Origin: a virus
Lineage: Duplodnaviria > Caudoviricetes
Reading direction: 5' to 3' (one strand)
Length of the DNA: 30,710 bases
IMG/VR virus record: IMGVR_UViG_3300012665_000488
Coordinates: 1-30,710 of that record
In this document: positions 15,542 to 23,369 of the stretch, one piece after another
Position numbering within the stretch: position 1 is the stretch's first letter
Layout: every line of letters begins with the position of its first letter
Made by a program: the position numbers and the translations under genes
The notes under the pieces: model-generated
Seen by the model: only the letters and a program-made list of their open reading frames with translations
The model's database searches: none
Told to the model about the DNA's origin: nothing

Positions 15542-15940
15542 TTAGAAAAGTAGAGTGAAGATAATACCTCCCACGAATGAGATAGGAATACCTATAAGCG
15601 CAGCACTGCGCCAAGATTCTTTGCGTGCAGCTTCTTTATACAGCTCTTGCTGGACCGTTACTAACTGCTGAGCTTTCTGCTCGTTAGCTACGCTGTAGGC
15701 ATCAATAGATTTCTGCTGATCCTTAATGACAAAAGATGCAATACTATCACTTTTTGATAATAAGCCTACTTGCCCTTTCAGATAATCACGCTCGGCCTTT
15801 AGCTTGAGCAGTGCTCTTACTTGCTCAGTCGTTAAGCTGACCAGGGTATCTTTCGCTTGTAAGCTCTGAGAGTAAATTGTGCATGGCTCTGCGAAGCCCA
15901 TGCTTATCAAGAGAATCAATAGCGCTAATGTTTGCTTCAT
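15542..15940 (-). CDS. Spanin-like lysis protein (signal peptide, coiled coil, C-terminal TM)
   Basis: Overlaps the upstream ORF by 116 bp; last gene of the lysis cassette. Confidence 0.55.
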   Translation of the reverse strand: MKQTLALLILLISMGFAEPCTIYSQSLQAKDTLVSLTTEQVRALLKLKAERDYLKGQVGLLSKSDSIASFVIKDQQKSIDAYSVANEQKAQQLVTVQQELYKEAARKESWRSAALIGIPISFVGGIIFTLLF

Positions 15941-16181
15941 AAATTGCTGTATTACGTTCTAACTGTTGGTTAAGTTCCTGTATCTGAAGCATGCGCTGAA
16001 CGTTAGTAGCTTCTAAAGAATCAATAACATGATTAGCTCTATCAGCTCTGCGCTCATAACCTTCAATAGCTTTTTTGCTATCCTTTAAAGCAATATACAT
16101 TATTTGCATAATAGCGCAGATGGTTACTGTTACTACTATAACTGCTGCTCCCTTAATTTGATTCTTGGCTTGTTGAGTCAT
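15825..16181 (-). CDS. Inner-membrane spanin-like protein
   Basis: N-terminal TM then long coiled coil, downstream of holin/endolysin. Confidence 0.6.
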   Translation of the reverse strand: MTQQAKNQIKGAAVIVVTVTICAIMQIMYIALKDSKKAIEGYERRADRANHVIDSLEATNVQRMLQIQELNQQLERNTAIYEANISAIDSLDKHGLRRAMHNLLSELTSERYPGQLND

Positions 16182-16401
16182 TGCTTTTCTTTTTATTGCT
16201 AAAGATAGATTCTATCACAGTTAATCCTAATCCTCCACCGGCTAAAATAAGCAGACCGTCAAACATGTATTCAGGAGTCTTATACTCAGTGAATGTGCCG
16301 ATGTAACTTAAGTTGATGCATACAAGTAAAGCAAGTATAGAAGCCACTCGCTTAGAGCTCGCATCTGACTCGTTACTGAATATGCTCTTAAGCCATTTCA
16401 T
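16153..16401 (-). CDS. Putative holin
   Basis: 82 aa, SSKR motif, two TM segments, charged C-terminus. Confidence 0.65.
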   Translation of the reverse strand: MKWLKSIFSNESDASSKRVASILALLVCINLSYIGTFTEYKTPEYMFDGLLILAGGGLGLTVIESIFSNKKKSNDSTSQESN

Positions 16402-16571
16402 TTCTTCTTACGCATCTTATAGATGGTGAAGATGGATGCAGCTGCAGATAACAAAAGACAAAATATCTTTAGTGCAAATTCTACATCTACCATCCATGCA
16501 GGCACAGATAATAAAATACTGCTAACTGTACCGGTAACTCCCTCTGCTATCTGTTGCTGATTGTTGCTCAT
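16398..16571 (-). CDS. Second holin/antiholin-like membrane protein (57 aa; below track cutoff)
   Basis: MSNNQQQIAEGVTGTVSSILLSVPAWMVDVEFALKIFCLLLSAAASIFTIYKMRKKK*, 4-bp overlaps on both sides. Confidence 0.7.
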   Translation of the reverse strand: MSNNQQQIAEGVTGTVSSILLSVPAWMVDVEFALKIFCLLLSAAASIFTIYKMRKKK

Positions 16572-17113
16572 TGCTCTTTTAATAGAGTGTAAGTAAACGC
16601 TTTTTTATTCGATTTGATACAAGCTTGGATAAGCTCTTTGAACTGCTTAGGACTATTCAGCACTTGGCATCCCGCACTCCACTTATCTACATTTTTTGAT
16701 TCAGTAGATTCATTAGCGCGATGGATGTTAATTCCAAATAAGCCTGTATCTTCCTTACCCTGCTCCTCAGCAACGTTATCCTTATCGGCATCTCTATACA
16801 CTGTAACTTTCTTAGCTTGCTTTAAAGCAGTGTACTTTCCCTGATGCAAGCCTATAACATAAGTATCTACGTACTGCCCACACTTAAGTACTGCTGTGCC
16901 TACAGAATTGATAGGATTGTTCAGCCAAAAAGTACCTGGATTAGTAGTGCCAGTATACCAATTTACCTGATCACCTTGCACCAATCCGATAAGGTCATCA
17001 AATTGGTTAGGAATATTAGCCTTACTTCTAATTCCTACTATGTGAATAGATGGCCATTTGTAGCCAAGCTCTGTAAATTGAGCTTTAAGCTCTTCGATTG
17101 TTGGTGCTTTCAT
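16568..17113 (-). CDS. Putative endolysin with YkuD/L,D-transpeptidase-like His-Cys motif
   Basis: GINIHRA...WSAGCQV; directly upstream of holin-like genes. Confidence 0.65.
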   Translation of the reverse strand: MKAPTIEELKAQFTELGYKWPSIHIVGIRSKANIPNQFDDLIGLVQGDQVNWYTGTTNPGTFWLNNPINSVGTAVLKCGQYVDTYVIGLHQGKYTALKQAKKVTVYRDADKDNVAEEQGKEDTGLFGINIHRANESTESKNVDKWSAGCQVLNSPKQFKELIQACIKSNKKAFTYTLLKEQ

Positions 17114-17204
17114 TTTTGCGTAGTTCTTTATCGCGTTTAGTTAAGTAGACCTTGAGCTTTTTCTCATAGTCCTTGCGTGTTTGCTCTTCCTTTGTTAGTT
17201 TCAT
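17085..17204 (-). CDS. Small basic protein (39 aa)
   Basis: Manual translation MKLTKEEQTRKDYEKKLKVYLTKRDKELRKNESTNNRRA*; fills the gap after the adaptor gene. Confidence 0.55.
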   Translation of the reverse strand: MKLTKEEQTRKDYEKKLKVYLTKRDKELRKNESTNNRRA

Positions 17205-17206
17205 AT

Positions 17207-17782
17207 TTAGTTAGTAAAGTCTCGCACATTAAATCTGCTCCATGGACTCTCCATATTATTCATACTTCTGCTAAAAGCTATTTGACTCTGCCTGTTAACT
17301 ACACGAATAGGTGTAATATCAGGGCTTGTATTGTTACTGTATTCCGGATAGTCTGAATTATTAGCACATAAATAATCTACTAAACGCTGAGTGTAGTAAT
17401 TAGCATTCTCACGTGCCATATCTCTCAAGCTTGCAAGTTCACCTTGAGTAATAGCTGTAGTGTTTTCAGATTGTCGCGTAACTAAGTTACCATTGTCATG
17501 CTTATACATCAGCATTGGATACAATTCCACCATCGTCCACCACGCTGTAGGCTTAACGATATACTCATTTAATAGAGTCTCATAAACACCTGATAAAGTG
17601 CCATTCTCTATCTCACTTTTAATCTTGTTTGTAAGATTAGTACCTAACCACAAAGTAATATACTTATCCTGTGCTAAGTAAATAGCAGGGCGAATAAGAT
17701 TAGTATCTACAGCCTCATTAAGCTGAGTGTATTTCTTTAAAAACTCTTCGTTAATGAATAATATTTCGGGTGCTATTGCCAT
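17207..17782 (-). CDS. Head-tail adaptor/connector protein
   Basis: Directly after portal; LFINEE...VDTNLIRPAIYLAQD...LG...RLVDYLC helical pattern. Confidence 0.65.
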   Translation of the reverse strand: MAIAPEILFINEEFLKKYTQLNEAVDTNLIRPAIYLAQDKYITLWLGTNLTNKIKSEIENGTLSGVYETLLNEYIVKPTAWWTMVELYPMLMYKHDNGNLVTRQSENTTAITQGELASLRDMARENANYYTQRLVDYLCANNSDYPEYSNNTSPDITPIRVVNRQSQIAFSRSMNNMESPWSRFNVRDFTN

Positions 17783-17798
17783 TGTGTTTTATGTTTAA

Positions 17799-20138
17799 TT
17801 AGATTGGATTAACTCGGCCATTATCAGGCATGTCAAACGGGCGTGTATTAGCTGTAGCAAAGTCTTTAGCTATATCTTTCAAAGGCATACCTGCACGTAT
17901 TGCTTTTGCTACTGAGATTGGATTAGAAGATTCTAAGCCATTATCTGCAATGAATCGGCCCTTCTCTCTTTTACGGAAATAAACTCTGCGCTCGAAAGCA
18001 TGTTTGCAGTTAACTCCGCCCTTGTATAACCAGACTGAATAAGTAGTGCTGCCTCTTTGTGCTAAGCCTGGATTAAGCTCATTGGTATCACGCTCCATAG
18101 CTTGTAAATCTTCGTAACGATAAACAAATCCATTACGTGCAGCATTAGCCATTTGTCTGCAAAATCTTCTACTTTTAGAGCTTGTATTTTTAGAGTATGC
18201 GTATCTCACTTTATACAATCCGCTATCCATTTCAGATGGCTTATCAGGATCAGAGTAGCTTCTAACTGATGCTAAGTTAACAGGCTCAGCCTCTATCAAT
18301 TCCCACTCCTCTTCGTCTACTATCTCGCCCTTATCTTCTAAGAATTCGCACCACCAATTCTCATCCTCTTCGGTAAAGATTGGTTTCTCTTGTGGCTCAG
18401 AAGAAAGCTCAGCTTTATATCTGTTGTAAATAGCAGTAGCCCAGTCTCTTCCTGCATCTCCACCCCATAACTGCCATGCTACTCGGCCTGCAGATGGATA
18501 GCCTTGCTCACCTACTTCAAATCCTTCTGCTTCCTTATCTACAGCATGTCTTTCAAAATAGCTGTACATGCGTGTAATGGTCTCATAAGATAAGTTACGC
18601 ATATTGCTAATATCTCTTGCTCTTGCTACTCCTACCTCAGTGCCTCCTCTGCCATACTCCTCTCTCATATCTAAACCTCTCTGAGCTTCTTGAGCCATTT
18701 CTTTAGTCGGCTCAAAAGATTCAGGAATCTCTAAATTAGTCTTTTTTTTTTGAGCAGATAGTTTAGCTACAGCACTGCCTTCAGAAGGTGTGAACATAGC
18801 AGTAGCTACATCTATTGGAAGCTGTAAGAACTGAACTAAGAATACAATTGCTTGCTCCTTAGTTAATGCTCCTGTTTGAACAGCTGCTACAATTTCTAAA
18901 GCACTTGCTATCTGAGCACCATTGTAAGTTACATCACTTACTGAAGCTCCTGCTGGTGCTACGGGTGCAGCTGTGTTAGTGTCAGTTGTTGCATTATCTG
19001 CAACAGTTGTTGGTGTAGTTGCTGCTATTGCCGCATCCATTTCGTCACTGAATAAATCATTAGACTCAATGTATAAATCAGCAACAATACCCATACCCTT
19101 AAATATCTCTTCAAGTGAATCAGTTATAATTTGTTGGTAAGGCTCAATGATATTCTTGTTGAAGATGCGATAAGCTTGCTTCATTTCGTCTGCATTGCTA
19201 CCTAATCCTCCTGCATCACGAATGCCAAAAAGTAAAGGTGAAGTTACGCGATGAGCTGCTAAGATGTTCTCTCTTGACTGAGTGCTTAACTCCATCCATT
19301 GCTTATCCGCATCACTCATAGGCACAAGGTCTAAACGTGGTGCTCTATCAGCTGACTCATTAAATGTGAATACAACCTTACCTGCTTTTCTTGCACCCAC
19401 CATGGTCTCCCAATTTCTGCGGATAGCCATCTGCTCCTCAGGATCAGGGATGCCGTTGTTCATGTGTAAGAAATAGCTTGGAGCCATTCCATTACTCAAG
19501 AAAGCTCGGTAGAATTCACTTATCTCTCTTGTGATTTCAATGTAATTGATAGCACTGTAATAATCAGGCTTCGGATAGTAAGCACTACCTGGTGTCATTA
19601 CTCCAATGAAAAGCACTTGAGAAGGCTCATCTGCTTTCGTGGTAGGATTATGCATCGGAATAAATACAGGCGCATTTTTCTTTTTGCGCATATCACTCCA
19701 ATCCTTTGAGTAGTAGATACCCGGTATAATATCCTCATCATTAGCCACAGCTAATCTTACATTCTCATAAGGAAGATGATTAATCTTAGCTATACTATTT
19801 CTATCTACTGACCAAATTACCTCTAAGTAATAGCCTCCCTGCATCTTAGCATCCAATGCAATTGGTCTACGGATAGTGTTTAATTTAAGTCTATCTATCT
19901 CACGCTGAGCAGCAGGATTATTACTTCTAATCTCTTTTCCTGCAATCATGAAAGCTATGCTCATAGTAAGAGCAGAGTGAACAGGAGAGCTATAGTATAA
20001 ATCTATCAAATAATTCGGGAAGGAATTTGCCTCGCCTAAAGTCACCCATCCTTTTGGAGTTTCTTTCTCGTTAGCTTCTTGAGGCATTGCTGCGCCAAGA
20101 TTAACTAACATTGGTGCTGAGTGTGTTATCTTATCCAT
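17799..20138 (-). CDS. Portal protein with long C-terminal extension (MuF/gp7-like region)
   Basis: N-terminal ~370 aa portal core (YYSSPVHS, YYPKPDY, NGMAPS, AHRVTSPLLFGI); then linker, RGGTEVGVARA...WGGDAG domain and SRRFC...GGVNCKH domain. Confidence 0.85.
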   Translation of the reverse strand: MDKITHSAPMLVNLGAAMPQEANEKETPKGWVTLGEANSFPNYLIDLYYSSPVHSALTMSIAFMIAGKEIRSNNPAAQREIDRLKLNTIRRPIALDAKMQGGYYLEVIWSVDRNSIAKINHLPYENVRLAVANDEDIIPGIYYSKDWSDMRKKKNAPVFIPMHNPTTKADEPSQVLFIGVMTPGSAYYPKPDYYSAINYIEITREISEFYRAFLSNGMAPSYFLHMNNGIPDPEEQMAIRRNWETMVGARKAGKVVFTFNESADRAPRLDLVPMSDADKQWMELSTQSRENILAAHRVTSPLLFGIRDAGGLGSNADEMKQAYRIFNKNIIEPYQQIITDSLEEIFKGMGIVADLYIESNDLFSDEMDAAIAATTPTTVADNATTDTNTAAPVAPAGASVSDVTYNGAQIASALEIVAAVQTGALTKEQAIVFLVQFLQLPIDVATAMFTPSEGSAVAKLSAQKKKTNLEIPESFEPTKEMAQEAQRGLDMREEYGRGGTEVGVARARDISNMRNLSYETITRMYSYFERHAVDKEAEGFEVGEQGYPSAGRVAWQLWGGDAGRDWATAIYNRYKAELSSEPQEKPIFTEEDENWWCEFLEDKGEIVDEEEWELIEAEPVNLASVRSYSDPDKPSEMDSGLYKVRYAYSKNTSSKSRRFCRQMANAARNGFVYRYEDLQAMERDTNELNPGLAQRGSTTYSVWLYKGGVNCKHAFERRVYFRKREKGRFIADNGLESSNPISVAKAIRAGMPLKDIAKDFATANTRPFDMPDNGRVNPI
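18736..18751 (-). promoter_or_regulatory. Candidate -1 slippery site A_AAA_AAG with immediate -1 stop
   Basis: CAA AAA AAA AAG ACT AAT; the -1 frame reads AAA GAC TAA (stop 18738-18736). Confidence 0.5.
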
Positions 20139-20541
20139 TGTAGGCTATATCATTATCTATTGTTAAATCAGGCTCAGTAAATCGGGGAGTAGTAATATCT
20201 TCTACTATCAAATATCCCTTCTCTATGATTCCCTCTACAACAGCATTTGTAGGATCTAAATTAGTGCTGCTATTTTGCCCATAAACAATATAACTAAACC
20301 TTGCTGGGTAGTTAATTAATAGGCTCGCAGCTGTTGGTGTATTGGCATTTGTACCAATACGAATGGTAGTATACCTATCATTCTCTGCTATCTTGGTAGG
20401 GATAGCGTAAAGCTTTTGAAGTGTTTGCTCGTTAGTTAATTCGAGCAGATAATTAGTATAGGGATTAGCAAGCAAAAGCTCCCCTTCCTTGAGAGTCAAG
20501 TAGAGGAGCTGTGCTGCTGTATTTTTAAGTAAGTAAATCAT
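20131..20541 (-). CDS. Putative virion/neck structural protein
   Basis: 136 aa, beta-rich, between tail tube and portal. Confidence 0.55.
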   Translation of the reverse strand: MIYLLKNTAAQLLYLTLKEGELLLANPYTNYLLELTNEQTLQKLYAIPTKIAENDRYTTIRIGTNANTPTAASLLINYPARFSYIVYGQNSSTNLDPTNAVVEGIIEKGYLIVEDITTPRFTEPDLTIDNDIAYNG

Positions 20542-20565
20542 TGGCTAAAGATAGCTCAAATTTAC

Positions 20566-21114
20566 TTATAGAGTTGCTGTTACTACATCTACTGCAGGGA
20601 AGTTATCCCAAGCGTTATCTCCGCCATCTGCATCAAGCAAATAAGCTTTATCTTTCTCTTCGCCTGTAAAGGTAATTGTATATCCTGACATGTCACCCTT
20701 GGCTGTGCCACTTGCTGTAGTGAAGGCTGTAACCTCTACTCCATCTTTGTAACCACACATCCAAATGTTATCATTATTATCCTTTACAAATAATACGTTA
20801 CGACCTTTAGAAATGTTTTGAAGCTCAAGTGAACGTGCAGCAGTCATGCCATGAAACATAGCTACTACTGTTTGTGTGTAATATACAGTACCATTCTCGA
20901 TGCTGATAGCAGCTTCTTCAGTGAATGATCCTGTGTGCTTAGGTAATTGAAATTCGTAAACATCTCCTGCAGGTAGAGCAGTAACTAAATTACTTGTTCC
21001 ATTAATAGTAGCAGTGTTTGAGAATGTAGCGTAATCCCCTAAGTATAAGGCTTTTATGCCACCGATTGCTTCTTTACATGCAATCAATATGCCAGCGGTA
21101 GTTAGACAGCTCAT
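20566..21114 (-). CDS. Major tail (tube) protein
   Basis: MSC...CKEAIGGIK...ENGTVYYTQ...SGTAKGDMSGYTITFTGEE; follows the capsid gene. Confidence 0.7.
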   Translation of the reverse strand: MSCLTTAGILIACKEAIGGIKALYLGDYATFSNTATINGTSNLVTALPAGDVYEFQLPKHTGSFTEEAAISIENGTVYYTQTVVAMFHGMTAARSLELQNISKGRNVLFVKDNNDNIWMCGYKDGVEVTAFTTASGTAKGDMSGYTITFTGEEKDKAYLLDADGGDNAWDNFPAVDVVTATL

Positions 21115-21138
21115 AGTTATTTTTTATTTATTAATTAA

Positions 21139-21198
21139 AATATTCTTTGCAAAGAATGGGCAGCTCTTGGCATACCCACTCTTTAACAAAGGAGTATT
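21139..21198 (-). terminator. Long hairpin after the capsid gene (terminator or mRNA stabiliser)
   Basis: AAAGAATGGG...CCCACTCTTT core with flanking TATTCTTTG/CAAAGGAGTA arms, followed by a T-rich tract on the minus strand. Confidence 0.55.
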
Positions 21199-21200
21199 AT

Positions 21201-22124
21201 TTAGTTATCGAATCCGATAACGATGTCACCAAGTACAGCGTATTGAACACCTGCACGGAAGCGCATAGCCATTCTTACGTTATCTGAAGCATCAGTGAAG
21301 CTCATGTCTACAACCTTAACTTCGTTTTGGTCAGACAATAAATCTGTTCCGAAAACTAAGTTAGCAGGAGTAGATAAGATAACTACTGAATCAGAGATAC
21401 CTGGGCAAACATACACATCGTACCCGTTGAAGGTAAGTGGGAACTGAGCAGTGCCTTGGAAAGTCTGAAGGTATCCCGCAGTAGCCAAAGCTTGACGGTA
21501 TAACTGTGCAGTCTTACGGTTAACGTAGATCTTCAAATCAGGGCTTCCTACCAATGTAGCAGGCAATGCATCTGTACACAATTGCAATTTAGCAATTACG
21601 TTAGTAGCATCTAAAGAAGCAGCGAAGTCAACATCAGGTGTACCACCTTTGCCAGCATCAATCAAATACTGAAGACCATTGAATCCTGTGAATCCTGAAG
21701 ATGGCCAGTTACCTTTCCAAATGTTGCACTCAATCTCTTGTGCTACTTTAGCAGCCAAGTGAGAAATTAAGAAGTCAGCGAAGTTCGCAGGAACAACATC
21801 ATTGATGAAGCCACGTCCTGTTTGAGCAGCTTCCCAATCTTTTGTGAATTCTGCCTTACAAACTTGTACATTAACCATAAGGTCAGTAACAGTAAGTACA
21901 CGCTCTGTAAGAGTAAGAGCAGCGTCTGAGTTGTCAAAGTCGCAAGTTGCAGGTTGAACTAATCCTGTTGAAGCCAAGATTTTAAGTACTGCTTTGTATT
22001 TTACATTTTCCTTTACGGTAATGTAGTTGTTTGCAATTGTGTCACCTGAAAGGACAGCAGCTGCGATGTACGGTAGCGCTAATTCGCCAGCGTAGGTTGA
22101 AGTAATGGTCAAGTTATCAGCCAT
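21201..22124 (-). CDS. Major capsid protein
   Basis: 307 aa after protease and scaffold; TYAGE, CDF, EIECNIWKG and NLVFGTDLLSD motifs; followed by hairpin. Confidence 0.82.
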   Translation of the reverse strand: MADNLTITSTYAGELALPYIAAAVLSGDTIANNYITVKENVKYKAVLKILASTGLVQPATCDFDNSDAALTLTERVLTVTDLMVNVQVCKAEFTKDWEAAQTGRGFINDVVPANFADFLISHLAAKVAQEIECNIWKGNWPSSGFTGFNGLQYLIDAGKGGTPDVDFAASLDATNVIAKLQLCTDALPATLVGSPDLKIYVNRKTAQLYRQALATAGYLQTFQGTAQFPLTFNGYDVYVCPGISDSVVILSTPANLVFGTDLLSDQNEVKVVDMSFTDASDNVRMAMRFRAGVQYAVLGDIVIGFDN

Positions 22125-22139
22125 GTTTTTTTTATTTTA

Positions 22140-22715
22140 TTATTTGTTTTTGTATTTAGCTACGATTGCACGAGTTCTATCTTCGATATTGCTCATGGTT
22201 TTAATGTTTAAAGGTGCTGGAGCTGTAGTTTGGCGCGACTGCTTAACAGTAGTTGCAGCAGGTGCTTTAGAAAGCTCAGTAATCTTAGCTTCAGCAGCGC
22301 TTAGCTTAGCTTCGAATTCAGTGATTACGTTTTTCAACAATCCCTCTACTTGCTCTTTTGAGTAAGTCTCAGCCACTTCCTGCTCAACAGTTACCTCTAC
22401 TTCTGTAGATGGCTCTTCAGCATCAGAAATAGATGCAATTAAACCACTTGCTACAACGATTTTCTTACCGTTATCTAAAGTGTATTCTCCATCAGCTAAA
22501 GGTGAAGGATTGCCATCTGCATCCATTACGAATACTTCTACTCCCTCAGCCCATTCAGCAGCTGGTGAATAGATCATAGTACCATCCATCAAAGCGCCTT
22601 CTGCCATCATCTCTACCTTAGTAGTTTCAGGAGCAGTCTCTTCAACAGATAGCTTTACTCCATGCTTAGAAAGCTGTGGAGCGAACTTGTTTAAAATGTC
22701 TTGAATCATGTTCAT
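22140..22715 (-). CDS. Capsid scaffolding protein
   Basis: Acidic, PLADGEYTLDNG motif, C-terminal coiled coil; between protease and capsid. Confidence 0.72.
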   Translation of the reverse strand: MNMIQDILNKFAPQLSKHGVKLSVEETAPETTKVEMMAEGALMDGTMIYSPAAEWAEGVEVFVMDADGNPSPLADGEYTLDNGKKIVVASGLIASISDAEEPSTEVEVTVEQEVAETYSKEQVEGLLKNVITEFEAKLSAAEAKITELSKAPAATTVKQSRQTTAPAPLNIKTMSNIEDRTRAIVAKYKNK

Positions 22716-22729
22716 GTGTTATTATTTAT

Positions 22730-22740
22730 TAGTGGAAAAA
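22730..22740 (-). promoter_or_regulatory. Putative late promoter motif TTTTCCACTAATAAA
   Basis: Intergenic, ~15 nt before the scaffold ATG; near-identical to the copy at 23356. Confidence 0.65.
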
Positions 22741-22741
22741 A

Positions 22742-23338
22742 TTACAAATTCATTTCAAGCGCTTCAGCCAATTCAGCTAATAGCTTCTCTAAGTCTTTCT
22801 CTTTTACTTCAGTTTCAGCCATTGGAGTAAACCACCCTTCTATTGAAAAGCCTTTAACCTCGCCGTTCTTTACAGCTTCCCAAGTCTTATTATCATCTAC
22901 CTTTACTCCTATCATCCACGTGCCTTCAGGAAGCTCAAAGCCTAAGTTCATACTCTTATCATGAGCACCCATAGTAACCCAAGACTCTACAACAGTTAAG
23001 TTGTTTACAGGCATCTCATGCTGAATGGTGTGGTTATGGTGCATGTTACGCTTAAGAAATTCCTGAGCAGTTTGCTCTATTGTTTCTTTTGTGTAAGTGA
23101 TGTAATACTTCTCGCCATTACCATCATAACGGACTATAGGCTGATTAGGAATTAAGGCAGGGCCATACAGCATGCGCTTCTCTCCATCTTCTACGCGAGC
23201 TAACATTAAGCTCTGCTTAGATAGTGCTACAAAGTCTACCATTATAGCAGGCTCACTAACAAGGCTCACAGCGTATACCCCCATGTTATCCTCTTCTTCG
23301 CCTAAGCCATATTCTATTAACTTCAATTTATCATTCAT
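22742..23338 (-). CDS. XkdF-like prohead serine protease (likely start 23338)
   Basis: AVSLVSEPAI, KRMLYGPALIPN, TIQHE, VVESW, GTW, VKGFSIEG. Confidence 0.82.
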   Translation of the reverse strand: MNDKLKLIEYGLGEEEDNMGVYAVSLVSEPAIMVDFVALSKQSLMLARVEDGEKRMLYGPALIPNQPIVRYDGNGEKYYITYTKETIEQTAQEFLKRNMHHNHTIQHEMPVNNLTVVESWVTMGAHDKSMNLGFELPEGTWMIGVKVDDNKTWEAVKNGEVKGFSIEGWFTPMAETEVKEKDLEKLLAELAEALEMNL

Positions 23339-23355
23339 GTGATTGCTTTTTTTAT

Positions 23356-23366
23356 TAGTGGAAAAA
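23356..23366 (-). promoter_or_regulatory. Putative late promoter motif TTTTCCACTAATAAA
   Basis: Between the tape measure stop and protease ATG 23338. Confidence 0.65.
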
Positions 23367-23369
23367 AAT

